Shown here piece after piece: positions 63,982 to 64,000 of a stretch of DNA of 64,000 nt. A model generated the notes under the pieces. That model ran no database searches. It was not told where the DNA came from and saw only the letters and a list, made by a program, of their open reading frames with translations. Source of the stretch: Thiomicrospira sp. GTDB lineage: Bacteria > Pseudomonadota > Gammaproteobacteria > Thiomicrospirales > Thiomicrospiraceae. Positions within the stretch are counted from its first letter, which is position 1. Each line of letters opens with the position of its first letter. A program made the translations under genes and the position numbers. The stretch spans positions 30,367 through 94,366 of the forward strand of contig NZ_DATCSL010000089.1 of NCBI RefSeq assembly GCF_036568485.1, read 5' to 3'.

Positions 63982-64000
63982 AAACCAAAGACTTCGTTTA

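Overview
This 64-kb window is chromosomal DNA from a gammaproteobacterium with a polar-flagellum gene set. Hand counts of single 60-nt lines give about 45% GC in core genes. Finer taxonomy cannot be established from the sequence alone. I support about 75 CDSs. (1) 1-2.7 kb holds rnfE (5' truncated by the window edge), nth, a LysE exporter and a DUF1841 gene. (2) The cobalamin uptake and salvage genes are split into two blocks. The first is a B12 riboswitch followed by btuB, cobQ and a binding-protein gene (2.7-7.1 kb). The second is cobO-cobD-cbiB-btuF-like, convergent with cobU-cobT-cobC-cobS (14.5-20.9 kb). (3) A visibly AT-rich accessory islet (7.1-9.96 kb) carries two orphan membrane ORFs, a DUF2058 gene and a higB-higA toxin-antitoxin pair. 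(4) SPFH/NfeD, mtfA and patatin genes follow. (5) Then come clpS-clpA, a J-domain protein, rluE, mnmA, hflD and ppiD. (6) An E. coli-like superoperon runs tsaE-amiB-mutL-miaA-hfq-hflX-hflK-hflC-DUF2065-hisZ-purA, with queG divergent. (7) The remainder is a flagellar and chemotaxis block: EAL/HDOD, cheW, cheA, cheZ, cheY, fliA, flhG, flhF, flhA, flhB, fliRQPONML, motBA, a short MCP and fliK. I found no rRNA, tRNA, CRISPR array, transposase or integrase. The most unusual signal is not a gene. The self-complementary 10-mer CCAGGCCTGG (usually ACCAGGCCTGGT, often CACCAGGCCTGGTG) occurs 25 times exactly, plus at least 10 one-mismatch copies, against a back-of-envelope expectation below 0.1. Nineteen of the 25 copies sit in frame inside unrelated housekeeping genes. 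The six intergenic copies all sit just 3' of stop codons. This resembles a highly iterated palindrome or an uptake-signal-like genome-wide motif, and I know of no described function for it. Other points worth a second look are a CheA whose P2 region is replaced by three acidic repeats, a sensor-less short MCP plus motAB inserted between fliK and fliL, and the orphan genes of the AT-rich islet.
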